From NCBI GenBank assembly GCA_009844405.1, contig VYBO01000138.1, positions 1,514 through 65,513 on the forward strand: a DNA stretch of 64,000 nucleotides, read 5' to 3'. Of the stretch, positions 8,830 to 17,455 are shown piece by piece. This stretch comes from Acidimicrobiaceae bacterium. Its GTDB lineage: Bacteria > Actinomycetota > Acidimicrobiia > Acidimicrobiales > Aldehydirespiratoraceae. Numbering within the stretch: the first letter of the stretch is position 1; the number at the start of each line of letters is the position of its first letter. The position numbers were made by a program, and so were the translations under genes. The notes beneath the pieces are model-generated. The model was not told the origin of the DNA. It saw nothing but the letters and a program-made list of their open reading frames with translations, and did no database searches.

Positions 8830-10596
8830 CTACGCGTAGTACGCGCTGCCCACTCGTTCGAACCGATTGTTGCAGAGCTGCTCGAACGCCCGGAGCGAGA
8901 GTCCAACCGGTTTGGCACCACCGCCGATCACTGCGCTCACGGCGACCGAGTAGAGGTAGTCGAGCTGGCGCTGCGGTGAGGTGCTGCGCTCAAGACTCTC
9001 AAGGTGCGCCGTCACGGCATCGACGGCTATGTCGCCCGCCCCGTTGAGCCGCGGGGTGCCTTTCTTTGCGACGTCGAATGTCATGACGAGGTCGTAGAAC
9101 GGCACAAGCTCTCCTCGCCTGACCTTGTAGCCCTTCTGACTGCGCTGACCCTTGTCAAGGATCGACACCTCCGCCTGGCGAAGGCCAGCATCCTCTACCG
9201 CGTCAAGGAGCGCACTCCACACGGCGTCGTCCGAGTTGTGGAACACGACAGAGACGCGCCCGTCCTTGACGACGACACGCTTCGCCTCTCGGAAGGAGTC
9301 GGTGAGCAGCCGCTGATAGTCGCCGACCGTCTTGCCTCCGTCTTCGACGCGACGCGACTTGTTGACGACGATCTCCTGGTCGTTGTCGGTCGGATCTCCC
9401 AGCCACGCCTCCCAGACGATGTTGCAATCCGCGTAGTGGATGTTGTTGCCGAAAGGTGGATCGGTGAACACGTAGTCGACCGAGTTGTCAGCGAGCCAAC
9501 GCAAGTCAGTCGCGGACGCCTGGTTCACGTCGACTTCACCGTCCGGGAGCACGTCGTAGAGCCGGCATACCTGGCGCACCTGGTGACGGAAGACCTCGAA
9601 CACGTTGGGCTCCGAGATCAGCTGCGGGATAAAGAGAGTGCCGGTCAGCGGACGCTGGCCTCCCTTCGCGTTGTAGCGTCGCATCCGGCTGGCGTGCCAC
9701 GCCGTGTTCGTAAAGGCGAACTGCAGCGCCTCCCGAACGGCCACATCGTCTACTTGGCCAATTCGATGCCACAGCCGCGAGAGCGCTATGGCTGGGCGGC
9801 GAGCGAACATGTCGGCGACCGTCTGCACCCCACGAAGATGAAGCGCCGACCTGATGTACATCTCACGGGACGAGTCGATCGGCGCTGTCGGCATCCAGCG
9901 AGTGACCCGCCGACGTCCGATCTTGTCGATCCGGTTGAGCGCTTCGACGGTGGGATCGCCATGGACGAGCTTTCCGCCTGATACAGGGGCAAGCGTGATC
10001 CACCGAGGCACGGATGCGATCGGGACGCCGCCTCTCCGGTCGAACCACCATCTACAGCCATCACAGCGAATGTCACGAGGCAGTGGCCGGTCGGGCTCAG
10101 TCGCATCCCATAGAACAATCTCCGACGCGCACATCGGGCACTCGTAGACCTCCGACCAGACGGTATGGCGCGCTAGCCCCTGGACAACCCCGTCATCGGT
10201 GTCGACTGACGACCAGTACAGGTCGCGTTCTGTCCGCCGCATCCAAGAGCGGTCGAGCTCAGCGACAGCGTCGGACAGCTGCTCGGGGGACACACGTCGT
10301 GTGTGGTTGCGGGCGAGGTGCACAGCGCCGGGCGACAGGTCCGAGAGCGCCGCTCGGCGGCCTGCGAGCACAGCCGCAACTCCTGTCATGCCGGATCCGC
10401 AGAACGGATCGGCGACCAGACCGCCTGGCGCGGTCGACGCCTCAATGAAGGGTTCGATCGCCTCGGGCGGAACCTTGGTGGGATAGGTGTGCGACGTGTA
10501 CCAAGGCCCACCCTTGGAGCCCGTCACACTTGGGGGCAACGGCCGATGAGCAGCCAACGACGGCAGGCCTACTTGCTGTTGGCGGGCAGATTCCAT
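8830..10596 (-). CDS. amino (N6-A/N4-C) DNA methyltransferase with central Zn-ribbon region, paralog 1
   Basis: H.Y.TKVP...DPFCGSGMTGVAA (motif X/I) at the N-terminus, CPMC...CDGC insert, DYVFTDPPFG (motif IV) in the C-terminal half. Confidence 0.85.
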   Translation of the reverse strand: MESARQQQVGLPSLAAHRPLPPSVTGSKGGPWYTSHTYPTKVPPEAIEPFIEASTAPGGLVADPFCGSGMTGVAAVLAGRRAALSDLSPGAVHLARNHTRRVSPEQLSDAVAELDRSWMRRTERDLYWSSVDTDDGVVQGLARHTVWSEVYECPMCASEIVLWDATEPDRPLPRDIRCDGCRWWFDRRGGVPIASVPRWITLAPVSGGKLVHGDPTVEALNRIDKIGRRRVTRWMPTAPIDSSREMYIRSALHLRGVQTVADMFARRPAIALSRLWHRIGQVDDVAVREALQFAFTNTAWHASRMRRYNAKGGQRPLTGTLFIPQLISEPNVFEVFRHQVRQVCRLYDVLPDGEVDVNQASATDLRWLADNSVDYVFTDPPFGNNIHYADCNIVWEAWLGDPTDNDQEIVVNKSRRVEDGGKTVGDYQRLLTDSFREAKRVVVKDGRVSVVFHNSDDAVWSALLDAVEDAGLRQAEVSILDKGQRSQKGYKVRRGELVPFYDLVMTFDVAKKGTPRLNGAGDIAVDAVTAHLESLERSTSPQRQLDYLYSVAVSAVIGGGAKPVGLSLRAFEQLCNNRFERVGSAYYA

Positions 10597-12377
10597 GCGT
10601 TTCCCTTCCTCTCAAGAATCTCGCTGCACAGAGACTCGACGGCGGCGAAGCTCCAGCCGGCAGGCGATGCACCCTCGGCGAGTAGGTAACGCATCACTTG
10701 CGAGTGCAACCACGGCGTAGTCCGACGCGATGCAGGCTGGTGCGCGACGTACTCCCTTAGTTCCTTCTCGATCTCGGATCGGTCCACTTCGCGGCGCTGG
10801 ACATTGGGACCGGGCTGGGTTCCAGCAGCGAGGTGCATCACGAGGTCGAAGTTCGCGACCTTCTCACCCTTGTCCTCATGTCGGAGTCCCTTGAACGACG
10901 CCTGCCCCTTGTCCATCACGACGGCAGCTTCTACGCGCAGCCCCGCCGAATCGACAGCGTTCTGAATGGACGACCAGACCGCATCATCTGAGTTGTGGAA
11001 CTGCAGCGAGGCCCAAGCACCCGGCCGTATCACACGACTTATCTCCCCCATCGCCCGGCTCATCGCCTTCTCATAATCGTCGAGCGTCGTTCGGCCCAAC
11101 TCGGCCGTCAAGCGCCTGTTGACCACAGTCTCAGCAGCAACGTCGGTCTGCTCGCCCAGCCACGCCTCCCACAGGAAGGACGAGTCGCTGTAGTAGATGT
11201 TCGAGCCGAATGGCGGATCGGTGAACACGTAATCGACGCTGCCATCCGCTGCCCACGCGAGCTGCTCGGCCGATCCGAGGTAAACCTCACACGAGCCCGG
11301 CGCGTCCCAGGTCTGCCGGTACATGTCGGTGATGGTCGCAAGCTTGCGGCGGAAGAGGCTGAACACGTTGAACTCGTAGTTCAGCGATGCCAGATACATG
11401 GTGGACGACAAGACGTTGGTCGGCCGCCTCGGATGCCACTGGTAGCGACGAGAGGCGCGGTTGACACTTGCGGTGAACACGAAGCGAAGGCCGGCGCGAA
11501 GTGAAGGTTCCTCAACCTGCCCGATCGCATTCCAGAGTGCCGACAGTGCGTGCAGGTTGCGAGCCGTGAAGAAGTCTGCCGAGGTGACAATGCCTTGAAC
11601 CTCGTGCTGGGCTCGCCACATCTCGCGCCATGACTCCCAGGGAACGCTCGGGTACCAGTGCAGGATGTCAACCCGTTCGACTCGGTCCCCCTGTCCCGTC
11701 GCCTCGACCGGCCTCACGAGTCGAGCCGCTTGACCGTCCAGGCTGATGTTCTCTTGCACCGGCTGGGAACGCAGCCAGTGGAGGTCCGTCTTCCTGAAGG
11801 GTCCGTGGCCCTCAGAGCACGACAGCGCCTTAAGGACAGATCCGTCTTCATGGTCTACTGCCGCGTCCCAGAACAAGATCTCGCGCTCGCATCGCGAACA
11901 CCGGTAGAGGTCAGACCAGACCGTGTATTCGATCCGTCCCCCGGGCACGCCATACAGATCCAGCTCCAGTGGCCCAAATCCGGCAAGTAGCTCGGAGGCA
12001 ACCTGCTTGAAGCGATCGGGATCGACACGCGCGGTGTACCCGCGCGCGATGTGAACCGCGGCCGGCGACAGATCGGACAGCACTGCATGCCGACCAGTCA
12101 GCACCGCGGCGACGCCAGTCTGACCAGACCCGCAGAACGGGTCAAGCACCACATCGCCAGGATCGGTGTAGTGCTCGATCAGCTGCTTTAGGCCCTCCAC
12201 CGGCACCTTCGTGTGGTACGAGTGCGCCCGGTAGAAGACGCTCCCCTTGCCGCCCGCGATGTCCACCGTCATGGGCTCACGAGGCCGCTCTTCGTCGCGC
12301 GCTGAGTCTCCGAGGCGAGGATCAACCATGAGCTGCCGTCCTCGTTCCGTAGGAGCAGGCGGCAGACATCTCGCCAA
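10569..12377 (-). CDS. amino (N6-A/N4-C) DNA methyltransferase, paralog 2
   Basis: HSYHTKVP...DPFCGSGQTGVAA, CSRCE...C..GH insert, DYVFTDPPFG. Overlaps the downstream paralog by 28 nt. Start is uncertain (12377, 12329 or 12272). Confidence 0.85.
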   Translation of the reverse strand: MARCLPPAPTERGRQLMVDPRLGDSARDEERPREPMTVDIAGGKGSVFYRAHSYHTKVPVEGLKQLIEHYTDPGDVVLDPFCGSGQTGVAAVLTGRHAVLSDLSPAAVHIARGYTARVDPDRFKQVASELLAGFGPLELDLYGVPGGRIEYTVWSDLYRCSRCEREILFWDAAVDHEDGSVLKALSCSEGHGPFRKTDLHWLRSQPVQENISLDGQAARLVRPVEATGQGDRVERVDILHWYPSVPWESWREMWRAQHEVQGIVTSADFFTARNLHALSALWNAIGQVEEPSLRAGLRFVFTASVNRASRRYQWHPRRPTNVLSSTMYLASLNYEFNVFSLFRRKLATITDMYRQTWDAPGSCEVYLGSAEQLAWAADGSVDYVFTDPPFGSNIYYSDSSFLWEAWLGEQTDVAAETVVNRRLTAELGRTTLDDYEKAMSRAMGEISRVIRPGAWASLQFHNSDDAVWSSIQNAVDSAGLRVEAAVVMDKGQASFKGLRHEDKGEKVANFDLVMHLAAGTQPGPNVQRREVDRSEIEKELREYVAHQPASRRTTPWLHSQVMRYLLAEGASPAGWSFAAVESLCSEILERKGNAWNLPANSK

Positions 12378-12470
12378 GGCTACGTCGGTTCGACATAGTC
12401 CTCCGTGGAACGGCCGGATGAAGAACGGCCAAGTGATGAGACATGGCCTGACAACCTACGGACCGGGTGT

Positions 12471-12511
12471 GACAATTGTCGAACGCGTGTTCGTTGCCGC
12501 AAGTTGCGGCA
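12471..12511. promoter_or_regulatory. cluster of three palindromes upstream of the methyltransferase operon
   Basis: GACAATTGTC (12471-12480), CGAACGCGTGTTCG (12480-12493), TGCCGCAA-G-TTGCGGCA (12495-12511). Function unknown: could be an operator or the terminator of the Lon-N gene. Confidence 0.3.
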
Positions 12512-12522
12512 CGAAGAGCCCT

Positions 12523-13161
12523 TCACCAGTTCGCGCTAGCCCGCAAGAGTTCGACCGCGTCGGCCACGACACGGTGCGCGACGGCGAGCCGCTCGCCGGC
12601 GCCCGGCGTGCAGAGCACCTCGTAGCGGTCGAGCGGACCGAGTGGCGCAAGAGCGGCGGCCCGGTAGGAGGCCTGGGAGACGTCGCGGCCCACATCTACG
12701 GGAACCACTTCGGCGGCCGGATGCTGCGGCCCGGACGCGATCTCGATACGCCGGGCCAGGCTGCGCGCCTCGGAGACGAGCGCGCCCAACTGCCGCATCT
12801 GCTCGCCGGTCGGGGGCGGCTCGACTTCGGGCTCGTCGGGCCAGTCCTCGGTCTCGGCGCAGGGGTACGGATCGTCGGGCAGCCACCGCCGCACCCGGAT
12901 GCGACGGACTCCCAGCGCCATCACCAGCAGCCGGCCGTCGGCCAACTCGCGGGCCTCCACCACGCGGGCCATGGTGGCCGCATCGCAGCGCACATCTCCG
13001 CCCCCGACCTCGCGGCCCCGCTCGATCAGCACGACGCCCATCTCGCCGTCCGTCGAGATGACGGTGTCGAGCATGGCCACGTAGCGGGGCTCGAAGACAT
13101 GCAGCGGCAGCGGCGACCCGGGGAGCAGCACCGACTGGAGCGCGAACATCGGCGTAGCCAC
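12523..13161 (-). CDS. LON N-terminal (substrate-binding) domain protein
   Basis: MFALQSVLLPGSPLPLHVFEPRYVAMLD... is the typical Lon-N/PUA-like start. Confidence 0.75.
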   Translation of the reverse strand: MATPMFALQSVLLPGSPLPLHVFEPRYVAMLDTVISTDGEMGVVLIERGREVGGGDVRCDAATMARVVEARELADGRLLVMALGVRRIRVRRWLPDDPYPCAETEDWPDEPEVEPPPTGEQMRQLGALVSEARSLARRIEIASGPQHPAAEVVPVDVGRDVSQASYRAAALAPLGPLDRYEVLCTPGAGERLAVAHRVVADAVELLRASANW

Positions 13162-13177
13162 AGTGGCCTCGCTCCCG

Positions 13178-14797
13178 TCAGCCGTCGCTTGACTCGACGC
13201 CCGTGTCTACTGCCGGCGCCCGCGCCGGCTGCGGATGGAGCAGAGCGTCGGCCGAGGACGGTCCGTACGGGTGGCCGGCTGCAGCCGCGATGAGGTCCTG
13301 CTGGAAGGCGTTGCAGGAACGGGCTTGACGCTGCCAGGCGGGATCGAAGATGAGGCCCTCGCGGTTGGAGATCAGAGCGAACGTGAGCACGTCGCCGTTG
13401 CGGGCCACGGTCATCCCCGCCAGGGCCGAGACGTCGTTGAGGGTCCCCGTCTTGGCCCACACCGGGTGGTCCACCGCACCGCCGTTCAGGCCGGACGAGT
13501 CGGCGGCGGCCTCGTCGGAGGGCTGCCCTGCCTCGCAGTCCCGCAGGGTGCCGCTCTCCCCCACCTCGGCCAGACCCCTCACCAGGGGCGAGTCGGGGCC
13601 GGCGCGCAGCAGCAGTTTGGCAATCAGGTCGCAGGTCAGCCGGTTGTGCAGCGAGAGTCCCGAGCCGTCGGCGATGACGATCCCGGCGGTCGAGACGCCC
13701 AGCATCCTCTCCAGCACGTCGTGCACGCCGGTCACCGCCTCGGCGCGGGCCGAGCCCGAGAAGCGCCTTCCGATGTCTTTCAGGAGCATCTCGGCGGTGG
13801 TGTTGTCCGAGTAGCGCAGCATCCGGGCCACGATCTCGGACATGGGCGGCGACTCGACGCTGCCCAGCGAGTGAAGCTCCGAGAGCGGCGGGGCGGTGCC
13901 CTTGCCGGCCTGCGCCGCGACGCGGAGGCCGCGGGCCTCGATCAGTCCCTCCAGCACCTGCGCGGCGTGGAGCGCGGGATCGACGGCCCGCACGTTCTCC
14001 CGCCGGCTGGCGTAGTCCGCCGAAGCCGGGAACGACACGTAACCGTCGTTGAGCAGCAGCGCGGACAGGGGACCGACCTGGTTGCTGTTCACGTAGGACT
14101 GCTTCCAGATGGGCTGGTTGCTGGGCTGGACGATCTGGCCCGAGTAGTCCCGCTCCGCTTCGGGGAAGCGCGACTCGTCGGCGAGGACGCTGCCCTCCAC
14201 CACCGCGACGCCCCGATCGCGCAGGCTTGCCGCGGCCTGCACGGCCAAGTCCGTGAAGTCGGTGTGGACCATGGGCTCGGGGAAGCGCCCCATGTAGGAG
14301 AGCGTCGACAGGACGGGATCGCCCCGTCCGACCAGGAAGAGGTCGCCGATGAGCACGCCCCCGGCGGCCGCGTCGAGGTCCGCGGTGCGCACGAAGGCCT
14401 CGGTGGTGAAGGTGGCGTCGGGTCCCGCGGTCTCGAGGATCACGGCCGCGGTGACGATCTTCATCAGCGAGGACGGCACCAGCGGCACCTCGGCCTGCTC
14501 GCTCATTACGAGCTCACCGTTGCGGTAGACGGTCCGGCACGTCTGCGGCGGAGCGCTGGGCAGCTCGGCCACACCGGAGAGCCGTTCGAACAGGCGGGCC
14601 TCGGTGACCGGGCCCGACAGCCACGACGGCGTCCGGCGAACGTTCAGCAGCGGTGTGGACACCACCATCTCCGGAGGGCCGGCGTCGGAGACCCAGCCCG
14701 GATCGGAGTCGGCGTTGATGCGCCGCGCCTGGACATACGACCCGACCGCGGTGGTCGCCAGCGCAGCCAGCAGGATCGAGACCAGGATCCGACGCAC
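13178..14797 (-). CDS. dacB: D-alanyl-D-alanine carboxypeptidase/endopeptidase, PBP4 (peptidase S13)
   Basis: SxxK (PSSLMK), SxN (YSDNT) and KTG (AKTGT) motifs. GTG at 14797 gives a signal-like N-terminus VRRILVSILLAALATTAVG. Upstream ATGs at 14872 and 14878 are alternatives. Confidence 0.8.
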   Translation of the reverse strand: MRRILVSILLAALATTAVGSYVQARRINADSDPGWVSDAGPPEMVVSTPLLNVRRTPSWLSGPVTEARLFERLSGVAELPSAPPQTCRTVYRNGELVMSEQAEVPLVPSSLMKIVTAAVILETAGPDATFTTEAFVRTADLDAAAGGVLIGDLFLVGRGDPVLSTLSYMGRFPEPMVHTDFTDLAVQAAASLRDRGVAVVEGSVLADESRFPEAERDYSGQIVQPSNQPIWKQSYVNSNQVGPLSALLLNDGYVSFPASADYASRRENVRAVDPALHAAQVLEGLIEARGLRVAAQAGKGTAPPLSELHSLGSVESPPMSEIVARMLRYSDNTTAEMLLKDIGRRFSGSARAEAVTGVHDVLERMLGVSTAGIVIADGSGLSLHNRLTCDLIAKLLLRAGPDSPLVRGLAEVGESGTLRDCEAGQPSDEAAADSSGLNGGAVDHPVWAKTGTLNDVSALAGMTVARNGDVLTFALISNREGLIFDPAWQRQARSCNAFQQDLIAAAAGHPYGPSSADALLHPQPARAPAVDTGVESSDG

Positions 14798-14870
14798 TCC
14801 GCCATCGTACGCCGCCCGCCGCTCCGGGCCGGGCTGCCCGGCCGCGGCTGGCACTCGGTAGGGTCGGCGC

Positions 14871-15257
14871 ATGGACATCGTGGCCGCCTTGTTCATCGAC
14901 GACATCCAGCTCCGCCAGGCGCCGGGGCCGTCCACCCGCATCGACCTGACCGGCGTGCAGTTCTCGGCGGTCGCCCCCACGGAGCTGCCGCTGGTGTGGG
15001 CCCCCCACCTGGTGGTGATCGTTCGCTGCGCGCCCGACGAGCCCGGCGTCGGGGCGCTCGAGGTCGCCTACTTCCGCGACGGGGAGCGGATAGCCCGCAA
15101 CGTGCAGCCGCTGCAGGTCGAGCCGGGGAAGTTCAACTACCGGCTGGTCCGGGCCGAGCTCGAGTTCGCCGACTACGGCACGGTCGAGGCCCGCGCTCGC
15201 ATCGATGCCGGACCGGTGACCGTGGTCCCCTACACCCTGCTGCCGCCCCCGGAATAG
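14871..15257 (+). CDS. hypothetical protein (128 aa)
   Basis: Clean ORF with protein-like composition, divergent from dacB. No motif recognised. Confidence 0.5.
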   Translation: MDIVAALFIDDIQLRQAPGPSTRIDLTGVQFSAVAPTELPLVWAPHLVVIVRCAPDEPGVGALEVAYFRDGERIARNVQPLQVEPGKFNYRLVRAELEFADYGTVEARARIDAGPVTVVPYTLLPPPE

Positions 15258-15326
15258 CGGCGACCGCGAGCGGGTCGCAGGCTCCTCCCCCTCCCGGTCC
15301 GCGGTAGTAGCTATGGTGAGCCGCGC

Positions 15327-17357
15327 GTGCGCGGAGCGCGAGCGGTTGGAGGGCCGGTGACTTCCATCGAGAGGCTTGGCATCAACGTCATCAAGGCGCT
15401 GGCCATGGACGCGCCCCACGCGGCCCGTTCGGGCCACCAGGGCACCGCCATGGCCCTGGCCCCGCTCGCCCACGTGCTGTGGACCCGGATCCTGCGCTAC
15501 GACGCCCATCGGCCGGACTGGCCCGACCGGGACCGGTTCGTGCTCTCAGCCGGTCACGCCTCGATCCTGCAGTACGCCATGCTCTACCTGACCGGCCACG
15601 GCTTGACTCTCGAGGATCTGAGGAGCTTCCGGCAGTGGGGGTCGCCCACGCCGGGCCACCCCGAGGTCGGCTGCACCCCGGGGGTGGAGGTGACCACCGG
15701 CCCGCTCGGTCAGGGCATCGCCAACGCGGCGGGCATGGCCATCGCCGAGAGCCAGATGCGAGCCCGCTACGGCGCCGACGTCTGCGACCACCGCATCTTC
15801 GTGATCGCCGGCGACGGCGACCTGTCCGAGGGTGTCAGCCACGAGGCAGCCTCGCTGGCGGGACACCTGGGCCTGGGCCGGCTGGTCGTGGTCTACGACG
15901 ACAACGAGGTCACCATCGACGGCGGCACCGACCTGGCCCTCTCCGACGACGCCGCGGCCCGCTTCCGCGCCTACGGCTGGCATGTCGTCGAACTCGGCGG
16001 GGCGGCCGAGGACCTCGACGGGTTGGAAGCCGGGCTGCGCGACGCGGCCGCCGTCGAGGACCGCCCGTCGTTGGTGATCCTGCATTCTGTGATCGCCCAT
16101 CCCGCGCCCCAGGCGTCGGGAACGCCGGCGGCGCACGGCTACGCCATCTTCGACGAGGAGATCGCGGCCGCCAAGGACTTGATGGGACTGCCCGCCGCGG
16201 CGACGTTCCATGTGCCCTCCGAGGTGCTCGACTACTACCGCCGCGCCGGCACCGCCGGCCAGGACGAGCGCTTCGCATGGGAGGCCCGCACCGCCGCCTT
16301 CGACGGCGACCGCGACGGCCTGGAGGCGTGCCTGGCCGCGACCGGCCGTGCCGGCTGGACCGACATGCTGCCGTCATTTGAGCCGGGCCGGTCGGTCGCC
16401 ACCCGCAAGGCGTCCAGCGCCACCCTTCAGGCCCTCCTGCCGGTGGTGCCCGGGCTCACGGGAGGCGGCGCCGACCTGACCGGCAACACCGGCACCGCCA
16501 TCGCCGACGCCGGGGTGTTCTCGGCCGGCGGGCCGGGAGGCCGACAGATCTACTTCGGCGTGCGCGAGCACGCCATGGGGGCCGTCGCCAACGGCATGGC
16601 CCTGCACGGCGGCGCCATACCGGTGGTGGGCACGTTCCTGGTGTTCGCCGATTACATGCGGCCCGCGGTGCGGCTCGCCGCGCTGTCGGAAGCCAAGGTC
16701 GTCTTCGTGTGGAGCCACGACTCGGTGGGCGTGGGAGAGGACGGCCCCACCCACCAGCCGATCGAGCACCTCGCCTCGCTGCGAGCCATCCCGAACCTGC
16801 GGGTGATCAGGCCCGCGGACGCCACCGAGACGGTGGGGGCCTGGAGGATTGCGGTGGAGTCCGAGGGGCCGACCGCGTTGATCCTCACCCGCCAGGACGT
16901 ACCCGTGCTCGAGGGGACCCGGGCCGACGCGGTCTCGTCGGGCGGCTACGCGCTGCTGGAGCCCGCAGAGCCCAGCCTGACGCTGGTGGGGACGGGCAGC
17001 GAGGTGGCGGTGTGCTGCGACGCGGCCGCGCTCCTGGCCGCCGAAGGAGTCGCAGCCCGCGTGGTGTCGCTGCCGTCATGGGAGCTGTTCGCCGACCAGC
17101 CCTACCCCGAGCAGGCCCGGGTGCTCCGGCCCGACCTCCCGTCGTTGGCGGTGGAGGCGGGCAGCACCATGGGTTGGAGCCGCTGGACCGACGAGGCGGT
17201 GGGCATCGACCGCTTCGGTGCCTCCGCGCCCGGCGCGGTGGTGATGGAGCAACTCGGGATCTCCCCCTCCAACGTGGCCTGCAGGGCCCGGGCGCTGCTG
17301 GCCGGCACGCGAACAGAGGCCGAGCGGGTAGTCGAGAGTCAATATGCGGCCTCGTAA
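15327..17357 (+). CDS. tkt: transketolase
   Basis: SGHQGTAMALAP, GHPE, GPLGQG and GDGDLSEGVSHEA motifs, full length. Confidence 0.95.
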   Translation: MRGARAVGGPVTSIERLGINVIKALAMDAPHAARSGHQGTAMALAPLAHVLWTRILRYDAHRPDWPDRDRFVLSAGHASILQYAMLYLTGHGLTLEDLRSFRQWGSPTPGHPEVGCTPGVEVTTGPLGQGIANAAGMAIAESQMRARYGADVCDHRIFVIAGDGDLSEGVSHEAASLAGHLGLGRLVVVYDDNEVTIDGGTDLALSDDAAARFRAYGWHVVELGGAAEDLDGLEAGLRDAAAVEDRPSLVILHSVIAHPAPQASGTPAAHGYAIFDEEIAAAKDLMGLPAAATFHVPSEVLDYYRRAGTAGQDERFAWEARTAAFDGDRDGLEACLAATGRAGWTDMLPSFEPGRSVATRKASSATLQALLPVVPGLTGGGADLTGNTGTAIADAGVFSAGGPGGRQIYFGVREHAMGAVANGMALHGGAIPVVGTFLVFADYMRPAVRLAALSEAKVVFVWSHDSVGVGEDGPTHQPIEHLASLRAIPNLRVIRPADATETVGAWRIAVESEGPTALILTRQDVPVLEGTRADAVSSGGYALLEPAEPSLTLVGTGSEVAVCCDAAALLAAEGVAARVVSLPSWELFADQPYPEQARVLRPDLPSLAVEAGSTMGWSRWTDEAVGIDRFGASAPGAVVMEQLGISPSNVACRARALLAGTRTEAERVVESQYAAS

Positions 17358-17360
17358 GGC

Positions 17361-17411
17361 GCCCAGCGAGGCCGAGGCCCGAGCGGCCCGTGAACGCAGC
17401 GAACAAGAGCG
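17361..17411 (-). repeat. truncated copy (R5) of the dispersed 96-nt intergenic repeat, inverted relative to R1-R4
   Basis: CGAGGCCGAGGCCCGAGCGGCCCGTGAACGCAGCGAACAAGAGCG is the reverse complement of the left half of R1-R4. Lies just after the tkt stop. Confidence 0.7.
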
Positions 17412-17455
17412 GAAAGCACGGGCTGTCCTGTGATGCAGGGGAGGACCACTCCGAG

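Larger units (their letters stand above)
2044..12377. other. candidate multi-gene methylation-linked defence locus (8 genes, lower G+C than flanks)
   Basis: Contiguous nuclease, helicase, SMC-ATPase and methyltransferase genes with short overlaps. Spot G+C counts are 57-65% against about 73% in tkt. Confidence 0.7.

Noticed and set aside
14870-14878. Divergent dacB and 128-aa ORF sharing overlapping start codons (CATG)
   Set aside because: More likely dacB initiates at the downstream GTG (14797), which yields a proper signal sequence. The overlap is an artefact of longest-ORF calling.
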